From positions 128,001 to 192,000 of the forward strand of contig JAVRCJ020000002.1 of assembly GCA_034530875.2 (NCBI GenBank): a stretch of 64,000 nucleotides of DNA, written 5' to 3'. Under the pieces are notes generated by a model that saw only the letters and a program-made list of their open reading frames with translations, was not told the origin of the DNA and ran no database searches. Origin of the DNA: Nostoc sp. DedSLP01. GTDB lineage: Bacteria; Cyanobacteriota; Cyanobacteriia; Cyanobacteriales; Nostocaceae. Positions 33,440 to 41,947 of the stretch are shown here, in pieces. Both the position numbers and the translations under genes were made by a program. The stretch's first letter is position 1; every line of letters starts with the position of its first letter.

Positions 33440-34393
33440 TCAGCAATAACCAATTAATTCATTGCCAGTCCATTCCAATGTGTCACCAATTTTTTCGCCG
33501 TCGTGGTAAGCGGCGAGTAAGATTTCGCTGGTTTTACCCCAAGCGATCGCGCCAGTTGCATCTAAGGCGATCGCTCCTAAATCCCGTTGATTTTGGTACG
33601 CTTCCTTAAAGGATCGCTCCATAGCATCCTTCAACGACAAACCATCAGTCACCCGCACCACAATCCTGGGTGCTAAACACTCATCAATAATATCTTCGCC
33701 AATACCAGTACAACTAACTCCAGCTTGTTTAGTAGCATAATTACCTGCGGGCATCGCAGAATCGCTTACCCTACCAATCCGTTCAAAGCCTTTTCCGCCA
33801 GTAGAAGTACCCGCGCTCATATTTCCAAAGGTATCTAAAGCTACTACGCCAATAGTACCGCGACCAGCATTACTCGTTTCTGCCAGTTCGGGTTCTGCGA
33901 TGACATTAGCCATCGTACTTTTAAAATTATCCTGGCGTTCTTGTATCCACTCTTGCAATCGGAGATCGGTTAAAGCGTTATAGCTGGGAATTTGCATTTC
34001 CCGGGCTAATTCAGCCGATCCAAAATCTGATAGCACTCGGTCTGGTGAGGATTGTAAAAATTGTGCCAAATCAATGGGATTTTTTACCCGCGAAATATTA
34101 ATTACACCACTGAATCGCTTTAATGCGCCATCCATTAACGAAGCACTCATACGGATTTGCCCATCGGATTGCAGTACTGAACCAGTACCAGCATTAAAGC
34201 GGGGGTTATCTTCCAGCATTTGGCAACCCTGTACAACCGCTTCACAAGCGGTTGCTCCGGATAATAGCAAAGAATAGACTTGTTCTATTACTATATGAAG
34301 CGATTGGCGTACCGCTTCCAATCCTCCTTTACCGTGGAGAGAACTACCAGCCCCACCATGAATAATTAATTTAGGTTGCACCTTTAACTCCAT
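33440..34393 (-). CDS. Isoaspartyl peptidase/L-asparaginase (Ntn hydrolase)
   Basis: IIHGGAG, FNAGTGS, GTIGVVALD nucleophile Thr, GTSTGG, GRVSDS, TGIGE. Confidence 0.92.
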   Translation of the reverse strand: MELKVQPKLIIHGGAGSSLHGKGGLEAVRQSLHIVIEQVYSLLLSGATACEAVVQGCQMLEDNPRFNAGTGSVLQSDGQIRMSASLMDGALKRFSGVINISRVKNPIDLAQFLQSSPDRVLSDFGSAELAREMQIPSYNALTDLRLQEWIQERQDNFKSTMANVIAEPELAETSNAGRGTIGVVALDTFGNMSAGTSTGGKGFERIGRVSDSAMPAGNYATKQAGVSCTGIGEDIIDECLAPRIVVRVTDGLSLKDAMERSFKEAYQNQRDLGAIALDATGAIAWGKTSEILLAAYHDGEKIGDTLEWTGNELIGYC

Positions 34394-34618
34394 CAATTCT
34401 TTGGCCTATTTGGGTCTGTCTTGCAGTTGATTTCATTGGGGATTGGGCATGGGGCATTGGGTATTGAACAAACAGGGCAAGCAAGGAGTGGCAGAGGTGG
34501 GGGAGGTGTGGGAGGTGTGGGAGGATGGGGAAGAAATCTTTCCCCCCACACTCCCCACACTCCCCACACTTCCCCATCTCCCCATCTCCCCATCTCCCCA
34601 TCTCCCAATCCCCATTCC

Positions 34619-34792
34619 CTAGTCCCCAGTCCCCAATCCCTTGTTACCTTCAGAACGGCGACGGCGACAACGTTCTGAGCAGTATTTCACATCTTCCCAG
34701 CAATCTTGCCACTTTTTACGCCATGTAAAAGGACGTTGACATACCGGACAGATTTTTGTAGGTAGGTCAGATTTAGAACGAACACGTCCCAT
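34619..34792 (-). CDS. DUF2256 family small Cys-rich protein (57 aa, missing from the ORF track)
   Basis: MGRVRSKSDLPTKICPVCQRPFTWRKKWQDCWEDVKYCSERCRRRR... Confidence 0.9.
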   Translation of the reverse strand: MGRVRSKSDLPTKICPVCQRPFTWRKKWQDCWEDVKYCSERCRRRRSEGNKGLGTGD

Positions 34793-35253
34793 ATAAATAC
34801 TTTTTGAATGAAAGTTTGATTTCTCAGAGGGATGGAAAATAATTATAACCAGTTTGCCACGAAGGAAGGATCTGTTGGCAAAATAAATGTGTTGTCAATC
34901 TATCGGAAGACTTATTGTTAAAATTCTAAAGAATTATAAAGCAGCGAGACCTTCTCTACGAGAGGCTACGCGAACGGTGAGCTTCGCTAACGCTGAACCT
35001 TAAGCCAGTTTTATCCATGAAGCGCATCTTTGTTGGACACTCGAAGGGTAGTTGCTGCTTAATATGAATGTTACGCTGCTAACCTTTCTGGGAAAACTAG
35101 TCTCGTTAGCAAATTATTATATTTTCTCGATTTTTATGGGAATTCCTCAAATATTTGCCTTGGCAAACTTACTGCCAGGGGTAGCGTATGAAATTAATCA
35201 TTCAGCTGTTTTGATTGCCGGAAATTTGCCAGCCACTTTAGATGAGGTGTTTC

Positions 35254-37239
35254 ATGTCGGCAGTTAGCCTTAAAAAGATTGTTAACAAAGAAGAGTTAGC
35301 ATCTCTGGTTCAGGATTTAGTATACCGACTGAACATCGCAATTGATATTGAACTGATAGACGGGACAAAGGTAACTAGTATTGGCGAGCAAACATCAGCA
35401 AATCGATATCCAATTGAAGTCTCAGGAGAAATCATCGGTTGGGTTGTTGGCAAAGAACAGGCAACTTTAGTTGCGAGTTTGCTCTCATTTTTGGCAAAAC
35501 AGGAAGTTGAGAAGAAAATACTTGCTAAAGAATTACTGGAGCGATATCAAGAAATTGATTTGTTTGACGATATCTCGACTCAATTGACAACGAGTTTAGA
35601 TAGGCGAGAGATTGCCCAACTCGTGCTTCAGGAAATGAGTCAATTGATTGAATCGTCAGCAGGCATAATTTTATTGCTGAGTCCGGATGCAGCTGAGTTT
35701 GAAATTATTGGTGAATTTGGAGGGTTTTGTGAGCAGAATCAGCTGCAACCAGGCAAGGGAATTATTGGCAGCATTGTACGAACGGGTCGAGCAGAACTAG
35801 TCAATGACGTGCAAAGCGATTCTCGATTATCGGGAGAAAAAAATGTTAATGCTCTGATTTGCGTACCTTTAAGAACAAAAGAACGCGTACTAGGAGCGAT
35901 CGCCATTGGTACAGACAAAACCGACTGCTACAAGGCCGAACACCTAAAACTCGTGAGTATCTTTGCCTCGCAAACAGCGATCGCCATCGAAAAAGCTTTG
36001 CTTTACGAACAAAGCACCCAAGCAGCCATCCAAGCAAAAGCCCAAACGCAAAAACTTCAACAAGCTCTCCAAGAGTTGCAACTGGCACAAACTCAGTTAA
36101 TCCAAAGCGAAAAAATGTCTTCTTTGGGGCAACTAATTGCCGGAGTCGCCCACGAAATTAACAACCCGGTGAACTTCATCTGCGGCAATTTGAGGTATGT
36201 TGCAGAATACGCCCAAGACTTATTACACCTGCTGCAAGACTATCAGAAATTTTTACCTGTGGCTCCACCAGATCTGCAAACAGAGCTAGACAATATTGAT
36301 GTGGAATTTATCATGCAGGATCTTCCCAAACTGCTGGATTCGATGAAATTGGGCAGCGATCGCATTGTCGAAATTGTCCAATCCCTGAAAAATTTCTCCC
36401 GCCATGATGAAGCCCAAATCAAAGCCGTCAACATCCACGATGGCATCGATGGAACGCTGATGATTCTTCGCCATCGTCTGAAAGCCTCTGGTAACCGTCC
36501 AGTAATCGAAATCGTTAAAGACTATGCCAAACTCCCCTTGATTGAATGCTATCCAGGGCAATTAAATCAAGTGTTTATGAACATTCTGGCAAATTCAATT
36601 GATGCTTTAGAAGAGGGAATGGAAAATGGGGAAGAGGACAAGGCGACCCCATTGGACTCCAATTTTCATCTCCCCATTTCCTCATCTCCCCAAATCAGCA
36701 TTCGCACCCAACTGTTGGATGACGAATGGGTGGTAATTCGCATTGCCGATAACGGGCCAGGCATGAAAGAAAAGGTCATCCAACGCATTTACGATCCCTT
36801 CTTTACTACCAAAGAGATTGGTAAAGGAACTGGATTAGGCATGGCAATCAGCCGCCAAATTGTTGTAGACAGACATCGGGGAATTCTCAAGTGTCGTTCT
36901 CACTTGGGTGAAGGCACAGAATTCTGGATTCAAATTCCGGTGAATTATTCAGCGGTAGAAACTGTAAATTCTGCTGTACCAACTTCTATGGGCGAATTAT
37001 CTTCAACTGTCGATCCTGAAGGCTTTATCCCATCGACAACACCAATGCTTAAACCGGCTGATTTGCTCATCCGCCACACTCAGCTCATCCAGCGACTTTC
37101 ACAACACAATCCAGACATTGATGCTGCACCACCAGATCAAATTTACCAGCTCTTCCAACGCCATCCGATTTCCTTAAAGCTTTACGCCACCTTATTGTCC
37201 TGGTTCTGTTGCCAGAACCCCAGCCATCTCAACCAGTGA
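35254..37239 (+). CDS. GAF-domain sensor histidine kinase
   Basis: GAF domain, AGVAHEINNP H-box, NILANSIDA, IADNGPG, FFTTK, GTGLG. Confidence 0.92.
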   Translation: MSAVSLKKIVNKEELASLVQDLVYRLNIAIDIELIDGTKVTSIGEQTSANRYPIEVSGEIIGWVVGKEQATLVASLLSFLAKQEVEKKILAKELLERYQEIDLFDDISTQLTTSLDRREIAQLVLQEMSQLIESSAGIILLLSPDAAEFEIIGEFGGFCEQNQLQPGKGIIGSIVRTGRAELVNDVQSDSRLSGEKNVNALICVPLRTKERVLGAIAIGTDKTDCYKAEHLKLVSIFASQTAIAIEKALLYEQSTQAAIQAKAQTQKLQQALQELQLAQTQLIQSEKMSSLGQLIAGVAHEINNPVNFICGNLRYVAEYAQDLLHLLQDYQKFLPVAPPDLQTELDNIDVEFIMQDLPKLLDSMKLGSDRIVEIVQSLKNFSRHDEAQIKAVNIHDGIDGTLMILRHRLKASGNRPVIEIVKDYAKLPLIECYPGQLNQVFMNILANSIDALEEGMENGEEDKATPLDSNFHLPISSSPQISIRTQLLDDEWVVIRIADNGPGMKEKVIQRIYDPFFTTKEIGKGTGLGMAISRQIVVDRHRGILKCRSHLGEGTEFWIQIPVNYSAVETVNSAVPTSMGELSSTVDPEGFIPSTTPMLKPADLLIRHTQLIQRLSQHNPDIDAAPPDQIYQLFQRHPISLKLYATLLSWFCCQNPSHLNQ

Positions 37240-37252
37240 GGAAACTTCAACC

Positions 37253-40200
37253 ATGTCTAACCAACTTGATGAATATTACCATCAGCTATTTCAACAATGT
37301 CCAGTTGGTCTGGTACTGTGCCGAATGGATGGGACACTGATTGACATCAACCTTGCTTTTGCAGCGATTTTGGGGCAGACTGTCGCCCAAACTCTGAATC
37401 TCAACTACTGGCAGCTGACTTTGGCAAATTATGGTGCTGATGCAGCTATGCTAGAGAGCCTAGAACGAACTGGCCGCTATGGAGCTTGTGAGAAAGAGTA
37501 CATCCACAAAGATGGACATTTGATTCCAGTCAGGCTTTCGGCAGTGCTGGTGGAGAAAGATGGCGATCGCCTAATCTTATTAACTGTAGAGGACATTAGC
37601 GACCTCAAGTCTACCCAGCAACAATGCCAATCTGAAAAAATCTTGCAACGCAGCGAAGCACGATACCGTTCTTTGGTCACAAAAAACACGCAAATTGTTT
37701 GGGTCACCACACCAGAAGGTATTTGCTTTGAACTAGAAAGCTGGATTGCTTATACAGGTCAAAGTTTAGCAGCAGCTGAGAATGGAGGTTGGATTGACGC
37801 CGTTCATCCCGACGATCGCGCCCACACCGCCCAAGTCTGGAACTCTGCCGTCACCAACCGCAGTCTTTATCAAACTGAATACCGAATTTGCGGTCAAGAT
37901 GGTAATTATCGCTACTTTTGGGTCTGTGGTGCCCCAGTGATTGAAGAAGACGGCAGCGTTCGAGAGTGGATTGGTTCCTGCACCGATATTCACGAGCAGA
38001 AGCTGGCACAAGCCGAAAATCAGCGCATCAAAGAACGATATCGCACTCTAGTAACTACTACTTCACAAATCATCTGGGGTGCTACTCCAGAAGGGCTAGG
38101 AATCAGTAGTGAAATGCTGACTTGGATAGCCTACACAGGTCAGACGGAAGAGGAAGTAGGAGGTTGGGGTTGGTTAGATCCGATTCATCTTGACGATCGC
38201 GCCCACAGTGCAGAAGCTTGGAATAATGCTGTGGCAAACCGAGGTATCTACCAAACCGAATACCGACTCCGTGGCAAAGATGGTATATACCGTTACTTCT
38301 CGGTCTGTGGTGCCCCTGTCTTAGAACCAGATGGCAGCATCAGAGAATGGATTGGCACTTGCACCAATATTCACGATCGCAAATTAGCAGAACAAACTCT
38401 GCAACAGAGTGAAGAACGGTTTCGTTGTTTGGTGACAACTATCTCACAAATTTTCTGGGTGGCTACACCTGAGGGAGTGGGAATCCCCAGTGAAATGCTC
38501 AGCTGGATGGCGTACACTGGTCAAACTCAAGCAGAATTTGAGGGGCCGGGTTGGCTCGATGCCATTCATCCTGAAGATCGCGATCGTACAGCAGAAAGCT
38601 GGGTTGAGGGCGTGGCAAAGCGGAGTTTATATCAAACCGAATACCGCCTACGTGGTAAGGATGGCAAATACCGCCATTTTGCTGTTAATGGCACCCCCAT
38701 ATTAGAACCAGACGGCAGCATCAGAGAATGGATTGGCATCTGCACTGATATTCACGATCGCAAGCTAGCAGAAGCGGAAAATCAACGGCTGATGGATATG
38801 TTAAATCATTCCAGCGATGCCATTATCGTCCGCGATATGAACGACAAAATTTTGTACTGGAATCAAGGCGCACAAAGGCTTTACGGCTGGACGCGCGAGG
38901 AAGCAAAAGACCAATACATTTACACACTAATCGAAAAAACTTTTGCCCAACCAAAAGAAGCGATCGTTGCAGAATTATTACAGCAAGGCAATTGGGAAGG
39001 AGAAGTACAACAGATCGGCTGTAATAGTAAGCCGATTACGGTTCAAAGTCGATGGACTTTGCAACGGAGCATTTCTGGCGAACCTTGCGCTGTCCTAGAA
39101 ATTAATACTGATATCACAGCCCGCAAACAAGCAGAAATTGCTCTCAGGCAACTGAATCAAGAACTAGAAGCCAGAGTTGCAGAACGGACTGCTGCCTTAG
39201 AGAATACACTAGCAGAAGCCCAAGGTTTAAACGCCATTTTGGACAACTTAGCGGATGGTTTGTTAGTGACAGATATTACTGGACAAATTACCCACTTCAA
39301 TCCTGCGTTTTTAGCGATGTATGGATTAAAAGCCAATACCCTTAAAGGTGACTATCGGGAACTACCGATATCCGGTTTAGCAGATTTGGTGGAAAAAACC
39401 CAGTCCCATCCCAGCGAAGTGTTTGCTGCCGAAGTTTGCCTAGCAAAAGAACGTATCGGTCAAGCAGTAGCCACAGCCATCTTCAAAAGAGGGTCAGCCA
39501 ACGAAGCTGCTGCTTGCTTTGGTTCGGCGCTGCTGATTCGAGATGTAACTGCGGAAAAAGAAATCGACAAGATGAAGACGGATTTCATCTCCACAGTTTC
39601 CCACGAACTGCGGACGCCACTGACTTCTGTCCTCGGCTTTGCTTCCATCATTAAAGAAAAGTTGGAAACCGACGTCTTCCCCATGTTTACTACTGAAGAC
39701 CGCAAGCTTCAGAAAACAATCAAGCGTGTAGGTGAGAACCTTAACATTATTGTCTCTGAGGCAGAACGACTGACATCTTTGATTAACGATGTCTTAGACA
39801 TTGCCAAGATGGAAGCAGGTAAAGTTGAATGGCAAATGCAACCCCTCGATCCTAGCGAGTTACTAGATTGGGCGACTACTTCCACCTCAGCGTTATTTGA
39901 AACCAATGGCTTAGAGCTAATTACTCAGATCGAACCTGAATTACCCCAAATAGTCGGCGATCGCAACCGTCTACTCCAAGTCTTGATTAACTTGATTTCC
40001 AATGCGATCAAGTTTACCGCATCCGGTTCTATTACCTGCCGGATCCAAAAAGAGAGTAACGCTATTTGTATGAGCATCATTGACACAGGCGTTGGCATAG
40101 CACCTGAAGACCAACCGAAAGTCTTCGAGAAATTCCGGCAAGTTGGCGACACTCTCACCGACAAACCCAAAGGCACAGGCTTAGGACTGCCCATCTGCAA

Positions 40201-41002
40201 GCAAATCGTCGAACATCACGGCGGTAGAATTTGGGTCGAGAGTGAACTAGGTAAGGGTAGTACGTTTTCGTTTATTATTCCGATTTACACCAACAATCAC
40301 AAAAGCAGTGCCAAGCTGAATTTAGATACTCTGGTAAAACAACTCAAAGAACACGTCATTAGTACAAATAAGGCACCCAACGCCAACCGCAAGACCATTT
40401 TAGTGGTAGATGATGATGCCAACATTCGGGAACTGCTGCGCCAACAACTGGAAAACGAAGGCTACAACGTTCGAGAAGCCAAAGACGGTATGGATGCAAT
40501 TCATCAAATTAAAACAGTCCGTCCCGATTTGATTCTCATGGATGTGATGATGCCTCAAATCAATGGCTTCGATGTGGCAGCCGTCTTAAAAAACGATCCC
40601 CAAACCGCAGATATTCCGATTATCATTTTGTCGATTATTGAAAACAAGGAACGCGGCTACCATATTGGTATCGATCGCTATTTTACTAAGCCCATCAACA
40701 CAGAAGACCTGCTTAGCGAAATCGGCTTACTACTTACTCAAGGCACTTCCAGTAAAAAAGTATTAATTGTTGATAAAAATGCCTCAACTTTAAAAACCAT
40801 ATCCGATGTCCTACAAACTCAGGGATACAGCGTAATTGAAGCTTCTAATCCTCAAGAATGCATCAAGAAAGCTTTGTCAGTTAAACCTGATGCGATCGTT
40901 ATTGATTCTATATTCTCTCAAGAAGCTGATTTAGTCGTGAAAACATTACGTTTTGAAAAAGAATTGGAGAATGTATTCTTCATCATGCTGTCGGATCGTT
41001 AA
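37253..41002 (+). CDS. Multi-PAS hybrid histidine kinase with two receiver domains
   Basis: About six PAS domains, VSHELRTPL, GTGLGL, REC (VVDDD...MDVMMP) and a second degenerate REC. Confidence 0.93.
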   Translation: MSNQLDEYYHQLFQQCPVGLVLCRMDGTLIDINLAFAAILGQTVAQTLNLNYWQLTLANYGADAAMLESLERTGRYGACEKEYIHKDGHLIPVRLSAVLVEKDGDRLILLTVEDISDLKSTQQQCQSEKILQRSEARYRSLVTKNTQIVWVTTPEGICFELESWIAYTGQSLAAAENGGWIDAVHPDDRAHTAQVWNSAVTNRSLYQTEYRICGQDGNYRYFWVCGAPVIEEDGSVREWIGSCTDIHEQKLAQAENQRIKERYRTLVTTTSQIIWGATPEGLGISSEMLTWIAYTGQTEEEVGGWGWLDPIHLDDRAHSAEAWNNAVANRGIYQTEYRLRGKDGIYRYFSVCGAPVLEPDGSIREWIGTCTNIHDRKLAEQTLQQSEERFRCLVTTISQIFWVATPEGVGIPSEMLSWMAYTGQTQAEFEGPGWLDAIHPEDRDRTAESWVEGVAKRSLYQTEYRLRGKDGKYRHFAVNGTPILEPDGSIREWIGICTDIHDRKLAEAENQRLMDMLNHSSDAIIVRDMNDKILYWNQGAQRLYGWTREEAKDQYIYTLIEKTFAQPKEAIVAELLQQGNWEGEVQQIGCNSKPITVQSRWTLQRSISGEPCAVLEINTDITARKQAEIALRQLNQELEARVAERTAALENTLAEAQGLNAILDNLADGLLVTDITGQITHFNPAFLAMYGLKANTLKGDYRELPISGLADLVEKTQSHPSEVFAAEVCLAKERIGQAVATAIFKRGSANEAAACFGSALLIRDVTAEKEIDKMKTDFISTVSHELRTPLTSVLGFASIIKEKLETDVFPMFTTEDRKLQKTIKRVGENLNIIVSEAERLTSLINDVLDIAKMEAGKVEWQMQPLDPSELLDWATTSTSALFETNGLELITQIEPELPQIVGDRNRLLQVLINLISNAIKFTASGSITCRIQKESNAICMSIIDTGVGIAPEDQPKVFEKFRQVGDTLTDKPKGTGLGLPICKQIVEHHGGRIWVESELGKGSTFSFIIPIYTNNHKSSAKLNLDTLVKQLKEHVISTNKAPNANRKTILVVDDDANIRELLRQQLENEGYNVREAKDGMDAIHQIKTVRPDLILMDVMMPQINGFDVAAVLKNDPQTADIPIIILSIIENKERGYHIGIDRYFTKPINTEDLLSEIGLLLTQGTSSKKVLIVDKNASTLKTISDVLQTQGYSVIEASNPQECIKKALSVKPDAIVIDSIFSQEADLVVKTLRFEKELENVFFIMLSDR

Positions 41003-41166
41003 TTTAGCGAATAGGGAGTAGGGAATAGGGAAATCGGGAGACAAGAAAACAAGCTGACAAGCAGAATAATTCTTAACTCGTATACACGCAAGGGTTAATC
41101 CTGTCTCTACTCCCCACTCTCAACTCTCAACTCCCCACTCCCCACTTGCCATTCTCCAATCATCCT

Positions 41167-41544
41167 ATGACTCAAAAAATTCTAATTGTTGACGATGAAC
41201 CCAATATCTTAATTTTAATGGAACAAGCCCTAGAAGCTTTAGAAGATGAGGGGGTCGAACTTTTAACTGCTAGAAATGGTGAAGAAGCTCTCGAAATGAT
41301 TAAAACAGAAAAACCAAACTTGGTTTTTCTCGATGTGATGATGCCTAAAATGAATGGTTTGAAAGTCTGTCAAATTGTAAAACACGATCTGCAAATGACT
41401 GATACCTACATTGTGATTTTGACAGCTAAGGGACAAGAATTTGATAAACAAAAAGGAATTGAGGTTGGTGCAGACTTATATCTGACTAAACCATTTCGCC
41501 CCAAAGAAGTACTTGAAAAATCAATGGAGGTCTTGGGCTTTTAA
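41167..41544 (+). CDS. Single-domain response regulator
   Basis: IVDDEP, FLDVMMP, LTAKG, YLTKPF. Confidence 0.92.
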   Translation: MTQKILIVDDEPNILILMEQALEALEDEGVELLTARNGEEALEMIKTEKPNLVFLDVMMPKMNGLKVCQIVKHDLQMTDTYIVILTAKGQEFDKQKGIEVGADLYLTKPFRPKEVLEKSMEVLGF

Positions 41545-41947
41545 GAAAATTTTGACCAAAATTAGGCTGTAGGTGGTAGGTGTGGCAATACCGTTCTTCA
41601 TTTCCTTGCAGGGTATCGGTTTTACGTTAATTTGAGAATAGCTGTGCGCCCTGAAGTTTTTGCCAGAGACTCCATGATTTGCCCTTACAAGGAAGAATCG
41701 ATACAAAAAATCTGAGAACTCATACCGTTTCACTTTAAGGTTGATATATTTAGGCAAGCAGGGGGAGCAGAGGAAGAAAGAAAAATGATTTGTATCAAGA
41801 ATTGAGTGAAATAGTATCAAATAGAATTGCTCTGTTATACCATTTCACTAAAATAATAAAACAGATGTAAACCCACCAAAACCTTGCTAAGTTTTTTAAT
41901 TGCGTTAGCGAAGCGGGGCGTAGCCCATTGCGAATTGCGAATTGGTA

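Noticed and set aside
34371..34728. Several overlapping Gly/Pro-rich ORFs
   Set aside because: Translations of STRR heptamer and 9-mer repeats; the real gene here is the DUF2256 ORF
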